Position numbers and translations under genes: made by a program
Notes under the pieces: model-generated
What the model was told of the DNA's origin: nothing
What the model saw: the letters and a program-made list of their open reading frames with translations, nothing else
The model's database searches: none
In this document: one piece after another, positions 15,396-15,466 of the stretch
How positions within the stretch are numbered: position 1 is the first letter of the stretch
How the letters are laid out: each line of letters starts with the position of its first letter
From: Candidatus Heimdallarchaeota archaeon
GTDB lineage: Archaea > Asgardarchaeota > Heimdallarchaeia > Heimdallarchaeales > Kariarchaeaceae
NCBI GenBank assembly: GCA_029882335.1
Contig: JAOUKW010000056.1
Location: 1-15,466 of the forward strand
Direction of reading: 5' to 3'
DNA: 15,466 bases

Positions 15396-15466
15396 TAGAG
15401 ATTAGAACAGTTTCTGATAAAAATTGTATAATTTGATCCTGAACTTCATTATTTTTGAGTATCCCT

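Overview
This is an AT-rich window (roughly one-third G+C by eye) that is densely packed with genes on both strands. Only the tRNA stands out as a GC-rich island. The tRNA structure (GC-rich stems, no encoded CCA), the A/T-rich TATA-like boxes about 25 nt upstream of several start codons, the gene content and the residue bias (Ile/Lys/Asn) suggest a low-GC archaeon. A Thaumarchaeota/Nitrosopumilus-like organism is possible, but this is inference only. The recognisable genes are: serine hydroxymethyltransferase (glyA); tRNA-Leu(CAG); a HEAT-repeat protein with four symmetric His-Glu pairs that looks like deoxyhypusine hydroxylase (DOHH); an acyl-CoA dehydrogenase; a stand-alone Lon N-terminal-domain protein; a PAP2 phosphatase; an operon of a flotillin-type SPFH protein followed by an NfeD-like protein; a soluble double-PAS hybrid histidine kinase; MsrA; and a 4HBT/YbgC-type thioesterase. 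Several hypothetical membrane proteins are also present. The most unusual elements are (1) the DOHH-like gene, (2) the flotillin/NfeD pair, in which NfeD carries a perfect 39-bp x ~4.7 tandem repeat encoding an Asp/His-rich 13-aa motif and the flotillin ends in four DxDxDG calcium-loop repeats, and (3) very tight convergent gene ends and a long TA-microsatellite-containing intergenic region. No mobile element, CRISPR array or rRNA was seen.
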